A DNA stretch of 64,000 nucleotides from Malacoraja senta (taxonomy: Eukaryota). The notes beneath the pieces are model-generated. The model had not been told where the DNA came from. It searched no databases and was given only the letters and a program-made list of their open reading frames with translations. Shown in pieces: positions 50,402-62,452 of this stretch (its first letter is position 1; the number at the start of each line of letters is the position of its first letter). The position numbers and the translations under genes are program-made. The stretch spans positions 192,944,001 through 193,008,000 of the forward strand of contig CM075977.1 of the NCBI GenBank assembly GCA_038087875.1, given 5' to 3'.

Positions 50402-51870
50402 TGTATGTGTATATGTATGTGTACTACAATAATGCAAGGGCAAAATTATACTAAATAATAATGCAAGGGCAAAATTAAACCAAGTCTATTAAGTTCAGAG
50501 CTTATTTGGTTATAGTGTTTAATAACCTGATGCTCGCACTCTTCCCAATGGCAGGAGTGAAATGAGAGTGTGACCAGGGTGGTGCGGGTGTCTGATGCTA
50601 GCTGCCTTTTGGAGGAGTGCTGCTTTTAATCCCTTTGATTTTATGATCGTGATAGACCACTTTTTGCAATCTTGTTTCTGGGCATTTGAGGATCCAAACC
50701 AGGCCACGATGCAGCAATCAGTATGCTCTCTACTGTGCACCTGTAGAAGTTCAAGAGTATTCATTGACATAGCAAATCTCCTCCATCTTCTAAGGAGGTT
50801 GAGGCATTGATGGGATTTATTTTTGATTGCATCAATGGGTTAGGTCCAGGACAGAGATATGCATGCCTAAGAATTAAAGTTTTTGACTCTCCCCACCAGC
50901 GTTCCGTCATTGAAGAAAGGTTTTTGTGGATCATCGAAAGTCAATGATCAGTTGCTTGGTTTTACAGACGTTGAGAGCAAGGTTGTTGCTCTGGCATCAT
51001 TTGGTCAGTTGATCGATCTCCCACCAGTCGATCAGTACTCTGATTCATCGTCTTCTGTATTTCGTCCAACAACGGTGGTGTCGTCGTTGAATTTGAAGGT
51101 GGGAGTTTGAACTTTGTCTGGCTACACAGTATGAATGTAGAGTGCGTAGAGCAGAGGGCTGAGCACACAGTCTTGAGGTGCTCCTGGGCTGATGTTATCG
51201 AGGAGGAAATATTGCTCCAAATCATACAGATTGTGGTCTGTTGATGAGGAATCCAATTGCAGAGAGATGTGCAGAGAAGCAGTTCTGTGGGCTTGGTAAC
51301 CAGTTTGGAGGGAATGATGGGTGTTGAAAGCTGAGCTGTAGTCTATAAACAACAGGCTGGTGTATGTGATTTTTATTGTCCAAGTGGTCCAGTACAGAGT
51401 GGAGAGCCAGTGAGATTGCATCCTCCATTGACTTCATGCAGCAGGAGGCAAATTGTAGTGGGTCCAGATTATTGTTGAGATAGGAGTGAATATGCATCAT
51501 AACCAACCTCGCAAAGCATTTCATCACAACGGACGTTAGTGCCACTGGTTGGTAGTCACCTTCTCTTCTTGGGCACCGGTATTATTAATGCCCTTTTAAA
51601 GCAGATGGGCAGCTCGGATCTCAGTAATGAGAGTTTGAAGATGACAGCCAAAACTCCAACCAGTTGTTCTGCATAGGTTTTAAAAATACGACCCAGTATA
51701 CCATCAGGTCCAGATGTTTTATAAGGGTTCACACTCCTAAATGATCTTCTGCCGTTGGTCTCTGTGAAGGAGATTGTAATTCCATCAGGGGCTATGGGAT
51801 CCGGGAAGGCACATCCGTGTTCTCCGTATCAAAGCGTGCGTAGAACGTATTGAGCTTGTCTGGGAGTGAT
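50402..51870 (-). mobile_element. Rex1/Babar-type LINE (RT to 3' end, degraded)
   Basis: '[14 protein letters not shown]', 'LDPLQFA', '[12 protein letters not shown]', 'GAPQDCVLSPLLY', 'CIVAWFGS'. Confidence 0.9.
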
Positions 51871-52645
51871 GGTGAATTAATGAATTTTTGAGTGAGGAAA
51901 TTATCTGAAAGGATGAGTTAATGTGCGAATGAACGAGAGAGTGAGCAGGTTGAAGAGTGAGTGAATGAGTAAAGCAGGTGCACAGAGCAGGTTTGTTACC
52001 TGAATTTTATAAATATTTACTTAAGAGAAATGTTTAATTAGCAGATATTGACTTGTGAAAGTGAAGGCATATGATTTCCTGAGAGGGACACACTTTGCAT
52101 TATCCATTGGACCGTATTCTTTTTAATAAACCTCTCACCAGTCGGAAGCTTTGTCATGTTCCAGAAGTATCCCTAGTAAACGGTGCTTAATGATATTGTC
52201 TTTCCTGTCATTCATAACTGGGTAAATATTGACACAATAAAATTGTTTTCATGTTTGATCTTAAAACTACTGTCTAATCACATTTAATAGCACTCCAATA
52301 TTTTTGGAATAAAAATGGAAAATGCTGAAAATATTCAGAAGATTAAGGTACAATTGTTTTCTGAAGATTTCCATAATTTTTTTTATTTTGATTTCAAACT
52401 TACATTTTTCACATTGCAAAGCGAGCACACAATATGATTACTCTGTATTCGTCACAGCATGGTTCATCTTTTCCTTTATGTTTGAATAAATGAGAGAACA
52501 ACTCGGATTAAGTACATAGCAAAAACGACCTTCCTTGCAAATGTCAATATGTTAAAATTGCATACTGTTAATTTTAAGCTTTTGCAAAGGTAATCATCAT
52601 ATAAACAAAAATGGCACTCACTGACGAGCCTGTCTGATGCATATT

Positions 52646-53033
52646 TGGTTGGAACAGGAGTGTCCCAAAGCCATGCCAGCCAACTATCATGTACATGGGT
52701 CAAGCAGCTCACAGTTGATTTGGAAAAATTGGAGTATTCATATAGGAGCAGAAAACTTTGCTTTCACAGTACAGACCGGGAGTACAAGAGGTTTTCACTC
52801 AGTGCTTTTTGTGGTGGAATTATTCTTTATAAATGTGTTTCTAGTTTTTCCAAAGTCGATGCAGCGAGCACCTTTAGCCCCAGATGAATTCTACTCATTG
52901 TTTCTTGTACCTAGCTTCAGTTGTTGCCCCTTTTCTGCAAAATTTGTCTGTTCATGTTAAGGTTTCGTTGGAGTGGAACTTGGATCAAACAAACATGGTT
53001 GGTGCAGGAGTGTCCCAAAGCCATGCCAGCCAA
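52646..53033. repeat. Pair of 38-bp direct repeats, 350 bp apart
   Basis: TGGTTGG(AA/TG)CAGGAGTGTCCCAAAGCCATGCCAGCCAA at 52646-52683 and 52996-53033. Confidence 0.92.
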
Positions 53034-53371
53034 GCATGATCTCTGTCCACAGCCTTGGGACCTTGGGTCTCCTAGTGTAGAGTAATTAATTGCAGGGAAA
53101 GGATTCATCGCTTCGGGTTTGAGGCTAGTAATGTAATCACTTCAGAGACCTATAACACCTCATAGCACAGGAGAAAGTCACCCTGCAATCATATTTGCGA
53201 AGACCTTTTGGGAGAATAGTCCCACTCCTCTGTCCTTTACCCACAGCACCTGCAATTTGTCCCTTCACACAATTCTGAGGTTTCCTGCTTGAAAGTTACT
53301 ACTGAATCAGCTTTACCCAGCCTTCCAGATACCAGATCACTCAAGTCACGAGTTTAAAAAATATTGCACCT

Positions 53372-53465
53372 CAGCTGAAAAAGGGTCCCGACCCAAAACG
53401 TCATCTATCCATGTTCTCCAGAGATGCTGCCTGACCCACTGCTTACTGCAGTACTTGTGTTCTTT
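53372..53465 (+). mobile_element. PLE pseudo-LTR fragment
   Basis: CTGAAAAAGGGTCCCGACCCAAAACGTCA...GATGCTGCCTGACCC. Confidence 0.75.
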
Positions 53466-55859
53466 TTACACCTCATCTCCTCTTTGATTCCTTTCCCAAT
53501 CACCTTCTATCTGTGACCTTGCCCTTTAAACTCTTCACAATTTTGAACACTTCTGCAAACTCTCTTCACTTTCTTGCCCTGAGGGGTAGATTCCAAGCTT
53601 CTCCAGTCCCTCCAGCTGTTAGTGAAAATTAAAATAAACTGCAGATGCTGCAAATTTGAAACCAATACAGAAAATGCTCATCTATGGCGAGAGAAAACTG
53701 AGATAATGTTTTGGGTCTCATAAGTGAGGAAACAAGCAGGTTTAAGTTGCAGTGAGAGGAAGGTATGGAGAGAACATTATCTGTGATATGGTGGAGACGA
53801 TGGTCATCCAGGAGAAATTTTAATGTTTAGGACCCGGAGGGTGATTTCTCAAATGTAGAGTAGATTTGTACAAACTAAATGCAGATTGGGTAATCACTTT
53901 ACAGCACACTTGATAGTTATTTAAGTACGGCTTATTATAAATACAGCTTATTTGTCTGATACTTTAATTTTCCATCCTATTCTCAATTTCATCTATCTGT
54001 CTGTGGCCTTCTGTACTATTCCAACAAAGCCCTTCGTGAACTCAAGTGACAACCAGATCTGATGCAATTATTATCCATGTGACATTAAGTCCAATTCCCT
54101 CTCTGTAGGTGCTACCTGATCTGTCAAGTACTTCCAACGTTCTCTTTTTGAGATTCCCAGCAACTGTCATGTATTCTGTCTTGAGGACAGGGCATTGTTT
54201 TTTCCCACTACAGCACTCTTTTATTCACCCCTGTTTACAGTTCTTCTGACAATCAACTATGATTAACAATCATTCATGACCCTCGCTTAGATGACACCAC
54301 CAGTATCTGTATCAGCTGGATAACCTTAGCTTCACAGACATTTGCTTTGTTCTTTCCACCATTTCCCCCATCGGCAACTTAAATCACTTGCTTTTTCACT
54401 TTCCCATTTCTAGGGAAAGGTCATCAATATGTAACATTGGTTCAGATTCTCAGTGCACATACCTGCTGAGAATCTACAGCATTTTCTCCTTTGGATGTGG
54501 TGCCTTTGGTTGAATTCCCCTGTTCATTTAGTGATATCACTGTGGATGGTTGCTGGTTTATTTTATAGGTTAAAAAAACCAAAAAAACATTGTTTTCGAA
54601 AGACTTTTAAGACACTATTAAATGAGATATTTATCCTTTATATTTTCACAATTGTTACCTTGTTTCTGAATTTCACAGTGCTATGGTGTAATCCTTTCAG
54701 CTCCCACTTTCCCTTCCCTCTTTTGGCCTATTTGTGTACTCATTGTCCACTGACTCTTTAACACTGAAGTTTTGCCCTATGTCTCTTCATAACCCACAGT
54801 ACCATGCCCCTCTTTGCTTTTATCCCAACTTTGCTGCTCCATTCAATGCTACCTGTAAGTGTGAGGAAAAGGACATGATACTTTTGTGTGCTAACATACA
54901 TATCCATTCACAAAGTGCACACACATGCACAACCTTGTCAATACATAAACACAGAGGCAATGCAGTATGGATTTTTCATCTTATCTTTAAAAGGAATACT
55001 ACACAATTTTGAAGACTAATTGAATTCAGTGGGGTCTCTCATGTACATCATTCAGTGCCATGGAGATTCAAACTTTAATAATTACACAGAGGATGGAAGC
55101 CCTCTGTTTGCTTCATCCAAAATGTCAGTGCTATTGAGAAAGCATCTCCTTATAGTCAACACTGGAGCAGTTGAAAGTGATAAATAATACTGCCCTTTGT
55201 GAAACGAGAGAAGGTTCAGCTTTTTCCACCAAGCACGTGCTTGCACCTGAATCTCTGGTGTAAAGCAAGTCTACTTTGAAAATACATTTAAAATTTGCAG
55301 TGAATTTCTCCTGATAGTTGGAAGATTCACATCTGTTGCTGAGCTTCTTGTCCTCCCAGTTAGCAGGTACAGTGACATTTGCAGAGAGCGGTTTACCCAA
55401 CCCCAAGTGTGGGGGCAACCAGAGTGTACTCACTGCAGACCGTTGCCTCCAGTTTCAGCAGCAATGCGGGGAATATTACAAAACGACATGACCACATCAA
55501 ATGTAAATAGATGATAATTTGATTGACACCAGAGAAGCTGTCACTGCCTGAGCAGCTCATAACCATGAACATTTACTCAGAGTACAGGCAGCTTTCAAGC
55601 AAATCACTTTTTGTCCAGTGGGGCTTGGCCAGATTATAATTGCATGTTTTCCCACTTCACTCTAACTTCCCAGTTACCTTTAGCATCAGTGCCTGAGTTG
55701 CCTCCATAATATTCACCACTATTTTGTGTTAACCCTTTTGCTGGATGTTGCGTATTGTAAGCGTTTATTCTTTGCCTAGGTTGTGAAAGATGCTGTGTTC
55801 AGCCTGCAATTTACTTTAGAACTATCAGCCTGAGATGTAATTTCCTTTGCAACCTGGGC

Positions 55860-56280
55860 AATGCCAACCAAGATGCCCCATTCGACCTGCCCACATTTGC
55901 CCATATCCCTCTAAATATTTTCAATCCATGTATCTGTCCAGGTGTCTTTTAAATGTTATAGTACCTGCCTCAACTACCTCCTCTTGCAGCTCATTCCATA
56001 TATCCACCAGCCTCTGTGTGAAAATGTTGTCCCTCAGGTTCCTAATAATTCTTTTCTCTCTCACCTTTAACCTATGTCCTCAATTTCCTTTCTCTGGGTG
56101 AGTAATTCACCCTATCTTATAAACCTCTGGCAGGTCACCCCTCATCCTCCTGCGCTCCAAGGAATAAAGTCCTAGCCAGCTCAACTGTTCCCTATAGCTC
56201 AGGCTCTCAAGTCCTGGCACCATAAATCTCCTCTGCACTCTTTCCAGCTTAATGACATCCTAACTATAGCAGTGTGACCA
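55860..56280 (-). mobile_element. Degraded CR1 3' fragment
   Basis: CR1 3' motifs (GCAGCTCATTCCATATATCCACC; TCACCCCTCATCCTCCTGCGCTCCAAGG). Confidence 0.75.
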
Positions 56281-56995
56281 AAATGAAAGGCACTTCAATG
56301 ATTGTCCTGAAGTTGTGCGGGGCAACATAGATATGTGTGTCATCATCTCTCTTACTCTTTTCTCCTCCTCGCGCTTCTTCTCTTTCCATTTTAGTGCTGC
56401 AAAAGATTTGATCATGTGACTGGGTCAATGGGAACACCTGCCCACATGTCACATTCAAAGGAATGGTGTGGTGAGACCTGAGAGTGACAATGTGCTGCTG
56501 TCACGGAGAGACTAGCCAGAGGATGTGTTACTATGAAGGGGGAGTGTATGGGGTGAGGTGAATGGATGTAGAGATGTCATAAACTTCACTCTTGCCATTC
56601 TAAGTACAGAAATTGTACAAACATCTGAAACTATGTGAACTAGTTAGAGATAACTTGCAGGAAACGGTTTCTAAATCATGTTATCCACTTCTCAGAATTA
56701 CTTAGTGGTTCTAATGAGAGGTTTGCTTTTGCAGCAAATACACTGTTGTTTTGAACACCAACATGGCAGTCCATTTAAACACACAAAGTCCTACACACCT
56801 TTAAGTAAATGATCTTTCTCAAATGGTGGCCGTAGCGTCTCACGAGAGAGCAGATGTGACCATCTCACTTGAAAGACAGCACCCTCATCTTTTGGTATTA
56901 CGCTGGAATGCCAACCTAGACTGTGGGTCAAACAGAGTTGAGTCGAGTTTATTGTCGTGTGCACGAGTATGGTGAGATACAGTTAAAGTAAACCT

Positions 56996-57413
56996 GATAC
57001 CGCACATCTTGAGGAAATGCGATTCCTCCTAATATATAAATTTGACCAATTCATAACGAGTTGGTCTCCATTTGTCGTCTTTTTGGAAACGTATGGTGCA
57101 AAACAGGTGTAAAAGCTAATCCGTGACTGCGGATGGTCAAGATTATAAATGATCTCCTTCTATTTTCTTTTCTTCTCTTCTTTTCTTTTATTCTCTTTCT
57201 TCTATTTTCTATGTCTCAACTTTCTTTTTTCATTCTTTATTTTTCTTTTTCACACACTATATATCTCACATTTTTCTATTTTTCATTATCTAACTTTTTT
57301 CTTTTTCTTCTTTATTTCAAAAAATTTTAAAAATAAGAAGCTGTACATAAAAGGTATTATGAAAATATGAGTGTATACAATTGTACTTCTAATAAAATAA
57401 AAAAAAAATTAAA
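56996..57413 (+). mobile_element. 5'-truncated L1 LINE with poly(A) and TSD
   Basis: ORF2 end 'TAHLEEMRFLLIYKFDQFITSWSPFVVFLETYGAKQV*', T-rich 3' UTR, AATAAA plus A tail; TSD AAAGTAAACCT at 56985-56995 and 57414-57424. Confidence 0.85.
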
Positions 57414-57564
57414 AAAGTAAACCTTTATGGTGTGAGGGGCAACGTTTTTTACATAGAGGATGGGTGCCTGTACCGCCCTGTCAGGGGTGGTGGTGGAGGC
57501 AGGTATATGATTGCGACATTTCAGAGGCACATGAAAAATGAGGGACATGGATCATGTGCAGGCA

Positions 57565-57875
57565 GATTAGTTTCGTTTAGAGATATAGCATGGAAACGGG
57601 CCCTTTGGCTCACTGAGACCACGCCGGCCACCAATCACCCTTTCACGCTAGTTCTATGTTATTCCACTTTTGCATTCACTCCCTATACAGATGGAGCATT
57701 TTTTCAGAGGCCAATTAACTTACAAACTCATACATCTTTGGGGAATGGGAGGAAACCGGAGCACCTGGAGAAAACCAATGCTATCACAGAGAATGTACAA
57801 ACTGCACGCAGACAGATCAGGATCGAACCCGTGTTGTGAGGCAGCAGCTTTATCAGCTGCATCACTGTGACACCC
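57565..57875 (-). mobile_element. HE1-type SINE
   Basis: GGGAGGAAACCGGAGCACCTGGAGAAAACC and GGATCGAACCC; similar to 7904-8217. Confidence 0.82.
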
Positions 57876-57959
57876 TGATGAGATTAGATTATTTTGGCAT
57901 TATGTTGGGAAGATATTGTAGGCCAATGGGCCACTTCTTGTGCTGTAGTTTTTAATGTT

Positions 57960-58340
57960 CTATGTCCTATCACAGGTACATGCTCGCAGACAACACACGG
58001 AAACAAATTATACACAAATTACACACAATTTCAAAAAGAAAAAAGCAAAAGCACGATATTAGTGCAAAATCATAAATTTGAAAACAAAACTAGTGCAAGA
58101 GGTGAACCATTTTGTTCCATTGTCGAAATCTGATTAGGGTTCAAGGACCTGATAATTGTGGGAAAGTAGCTGTTCCTGAACCTGGTGGTGTGGGACTTCA
58201 GGACCAATGGTAGCAGTGACAATAGGACATGGCCTGGTTGGTGATAATTTGTGATGCTAAATGCCACCATCTTGAGACAGTCTCATATAGATGCTTTCAA
58301 TGGAGGGGAGGGCTGTTCCTGTGATGGACAGGACTGAGTC
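57960..58340 (-). mobile_element. Rex1/Babar-type 3' fragment
   Basis: 'HQPGHVLLSLLP...KSHTTRFRNSYFP'. Confidence 0.7.
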
Positions 58341-59699
58341 CCGGACTTTGAGGCTTAAGCCAGCAACTTTCATTAGCAAGTGTGCTAATCACTAAGAGGG
58401 AAGTCAATCAGGCCAGTGCTTCGTAGTTCACTGTCCCAAGGAACTCTATCTGTGTTGTTCATGCCAAATTATGGCAGAGGCTAACACTTGCTCCATATTC
58501 TATCTGATTAATCTTCATTTTCTCACCTGATTAATGCCAGCAGTGCAAATTAAACATTAAGTCAAGATGCACAGTTATAATCCTAAGAAATACCAGATGG
58601 TCACAAAAGTTGCACAGGAGTCAAGAGCTAGAGGTGCGAGGCTGCCTGCAGTGTAATTATGGCAATTCAGAACCCATGAATTCCAATGTTAGACCCAGGG
58701 TAATGGCAGAGGAGATTAGGTCTTTTGCCCTAGGCACTGCTATGGGCAGATGGAGAAATGTGTTGTATGTCCTGGGCCTCTCAGTACGTTGCGATTGGTT
58801 GCTGAATACATCACGGCAAAGGTTTGTGAAGTCTGATCTGAAACTGAACTGAAACTAATACTTGCAACATTTCCTGGACACGGATGGAATCTTAATGAGT
58901 TGTACTTGGATGTTGGAATATTGCAGCGCTCACATCAGTCAAAAGTGAAATTAAATGATTCCATCCCCATCAGTGTGTGGAAGTGTGAGGGGACAAAGAG
59001 AGTGAAAAGAACAGACCTATTTCTCATAGCAGAAAGATCAAACATAATAATAAAACAGGAAGGGTGCTGAGAATGTATCATCCAGTGGATAATGTGGTTC
59101 TACAAGGAGTGGTGGAGATGGAAAGCCTCGTTGAATCTAAGTACCGATAAGTTCTCGATGTATTCTCACTTTCAGGGTTATGGAGCCAGATCTGGGAAGT
59201 GGAATTAATTTCAATTTTGACTTTCCGGTCAACATGGATTAAATGGGCTGCAAGGCCTTTTTGCAGCACTGTAAATTTCCATGTAGCACCATGACCATAG
59301 CATATGTCCAGTTAAGTCACCCGGGAGATGACACTGGTGTTTGGGCTCCAGTGCTACCGTCAAGTATCTGGTTGCTGAAGGAATGGTTGGGGGATGTAAG
59401 AGAGAACTGCAGTTAAAAGTTAAGGAAAAATACTCTGTGTTATTAATAATACAAACACCAGGAGGAGGACATTGGGCACACCTCCAGCCTGTTTGCCATT
59501 GTGATGGAGGCCAACCAAGGGCACTGAGTGGTCTTGTGTTCTGATGCTGCAACATGTTGACAACTGTTCAAAACTAAATAGTTCAGAAAAGGCCTTTGCT
59601 AAAGACAACAACATTTGATTAACCCAATAATATTTATACATGGAAAAAGAATATATAACTTTTTTTATTATCTTCAAGTGTACTGAGATGCCATAAAAA

Positions 59700-60050
59700 A
59701 CAGGGTAAGATCATGGTTGATTTTGACAGGGTATCCAGGTAAATCACATCCATGATTACACTCAAAACACACATGAATACAAAGGTAGTGCAAAATAAAA
59801 AATTGTGTCATAGCTACAGAGACGGTGCAGATAAAAAAAATATGCAAGAGCCACCGTAAGATAGATTGAGAGATCGGGAATGAATCCTTAGTTTAACAGA
59901 GCGTATTCAGGATTCTGATAACAGCAGGGAAGAAGCTGTTTTTGAATCTGGTGGTATGTGCTTTCAAGCTTTTGTATCTTCTGCTCAATGGGAGAAGGGA
60001 GAAGAGGGAATGACTGTAGTGTGCATGATCTGAGATTGGGTTAAAGATTT
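59700..60050 (-). mobile_element. Rex1/Babar-type 3' fragment
   Basis: 'HSLFSLLPLSRRYKSLKAHTTRFKNSFFPAVIRILN'. Confidence 0.75.
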
Positions 60051-61439
60051 TATGTATGTGAGAACATTTGCAATTATGTAAACTACTCTTAATAAGGTTA
60101 AGTTTCCCAGTGTTTGTCACAGACATCTAATATAAAGGAATTGATCCCTGGGCAAAGGTGGAGTCATCAGGACTGGTGAAGAAGTGAGAACTGGATCAAG
60201 TGGGTGTTTTTTGGAGAGAGATGATGGCACTCTCTTTTGTGCAAAGAGAGATGATGACGTAGAAAGGTTTAGCACGTTATTTCCAGAGCATAAACTCCTG
60301 CGGGTAAAGGCTTGGATATCGATGACGGGGCAAAGATAAAGTCAGAAGAAAAGTCAGAAGGTTAGAATGGGTGGAAGCTAAGAGTTTGGCTGGAGGAAAG
60401 GCTTTATCAGGCTGGAAGTGGTAAGAGAGATTCTAATGTCATGAGATATCATGGCAGAGCACATGGCTTGCGATCATCAAAATGACTAGCAGTGGGGAAA
60501 CAGTGCATTGAACTGTGGGGCAAAGTGATATAGAATTTAAAGGTTTCCATTTTTAAATAAGTTGTGAACATTCAAACCTAGAGCTCCAAGATTGAATGAC
60601 CTTGAATTATTGGTAGCTAACCATTTGATTCAGCACATTTTCCATTTATTCACATCCAGAAAAAGTGGTTATAAAACCTCCAGCACCGTCATTTCACCAA
60701 TCTCCAAAACACAAATGATCGCAGATTGGATGGGTTGATTCCGCTAGGTCAAATACGCATTGTCAATGGGCTCAACAAGGGAGTTAAGGAAACATAAACC
60801 ACAGAGTGCAGTTGTGAGGTGTTTGGTACTTCAATGAGGTATCACTAATATTTCCAAAGTAATTCTGCCATAATCAGGAAATCATTACAAAAAAAATCAA
60901 ACAATTTGAAGTTCAAATGACATACAGCACAGATTGAGTTTTTCTGATCTTGTTCTGGTCTATCCTTGCCCTCCGCATGAGTTACTCACTGTGGCAACCT
61001 TCTACCGATTGCACCAATTTTATCACAAATTTAAAAAAAAAAAAAAGCTAGAAACGCTCAGCAAGTCAAGCAGCATCAGTAAAGAGAGAAGTGTTAATAC
61101 TTCAGACTGGTGACTTCATGTTCTAATGCAAAGTCTTCAGCCTAAAATCCAGACTATGCTTTGTCCTCAGCCCTACGCTATCCTTGCAGCTGCATCAATC
61201 TTTTATGCCTTTACAGTTTGATTCAAACTCCAGACCTCACTTCTGTGACCATCCATTGAAGTGGAGCAATCCATGAACAGTTACTGGGCCTCTGGTAGAA
61301 AATCTCAATGTTCCAGTTCCACATACCCTGAGGCTTTTGAAAGCCCATGATGCTCATGTACCCTTTCAGTTGTGTTTGTTTCCATAGAAAACTCATTGGT
61401 TGGTGAGAGCTGCGCAATCAAACAAAGAGAAAATAAGAT

Positions 61440-61531
61440 AGACACATCATGCTGGAGTAACTCAGCTGGTCAGACAGCATCTCTGGAGAGGAATGGGTGA
61501 TGTTTCGGGTCGAGATCCTTCTTCAGACTGA
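61440..61531 (-). mobile_element. PLE pseudo-LTR fragment carrying a hammerhead core
   Basis: Minus strand: CAGU-CUGAAGA-AGGAUCUCGACCC-GAAA-C-AUC-ACCC followed by the PLE terminal sequence. Confidence 0.78.
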
Positions 61532-61909
61532 AAAAAGACAGGAACAACTGCTTCTATCACTTGCAGTAGATGCTGATGAGATTGACCATAGTATCTGGGC
61601 AATCCATTATCATGTTGCCTGGTCCCAGTGATGGCCAACACTTACTATGCCGGGCAGGGAGCAACCCTGAGCCTTACACTTTAGCTCTGGCTGGCAGCAC
61701 ATTTGCACCACCCTGCCCAACACCAGCCCTTATAGACAACTTTGCCACACTAAGTTATGGGTGCTTCATTGCTTGGTAGCACCAGTGGAGGGAGGTGCAT
61801 CAGGCTCCCAGCACACCAGCACATAGCCTAAGAGCAGATGTATTTTATGAAATGCAATGGGTGGATCACAATAATAAATTAGTACTCTATGGAGTGGTGC
61901 TGAATGATG

Positions 61910-62452
61910 TACCAGTGCACTGCCCTGTGACAGTACAGCACTCCCTCAGTACTGCCCACTCACTATGTAGTTCTCCCACAGCACTGCCCCTTCAACAGTG
62001 CAGCACTGCCTTCATAATTGCCCCAGCACCAGTACTGGCCTCTGACAGTGCAGCCTTCTCTCAGTACTAACACTCCCCCCCCCCCCCGCCACCCCCTTAC
62101 CACGTAGCTCTCCCTCAGTAATGTCCATTGTTGTGCAGCACTCCTTCAGTACAGCCACTCACGGTGTATCTCTCGTTTAGCACAGGCTCCTCAGTGTATA
62201 GCACTCCCTCAGAATTGTCTCCCTGACATGGAAACACTCACTCAGTAGTTCACCCCCCTCACTTTATAACTGACCCTCAGTACTCCCTCAGTACTCCCCC
62301 TCCCGCTCTCTGTGCAGCCCACCCTCGGTACTGCCCCCCCCTTACTCAGTACTCCCCCTCATACTCGGTAGCTCTCCCTCAGTACTAGTTCTCACCGTGC
62401 AGCACTCCCTCAGAACTGACCCCACCCCTGACATTGCAGCAATCCCTCAGTA
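61910..62452. repeat. Degenerate minisatellite (GCAGCACTCCCTCAGTACT-based)
   Basis: More than ten recurring CACTCCCTCAGTACT-like units. Confidence 0.8.

Noticed and set aside
52646-53033. 38-bp repeats as a CRISPR array or vault/Y RNA
   Set aside because: Only two repeats with a 312-bp spacer, no cas genes, and a vertebrate context. Too short for vault/Y RNA and lacking their internal motifs.
18413-53410. Functional hammerheads at 18413, 31702, 31950 and 53375
   Set aside because: Each has substitutions in CUGAnGA, GAAA or the stem III/NUH site; counted only as remnants.
57133-57370. Phe-rich membrane-like ORFs
   Set aside because: This is the T-rich L1 3' UTR.
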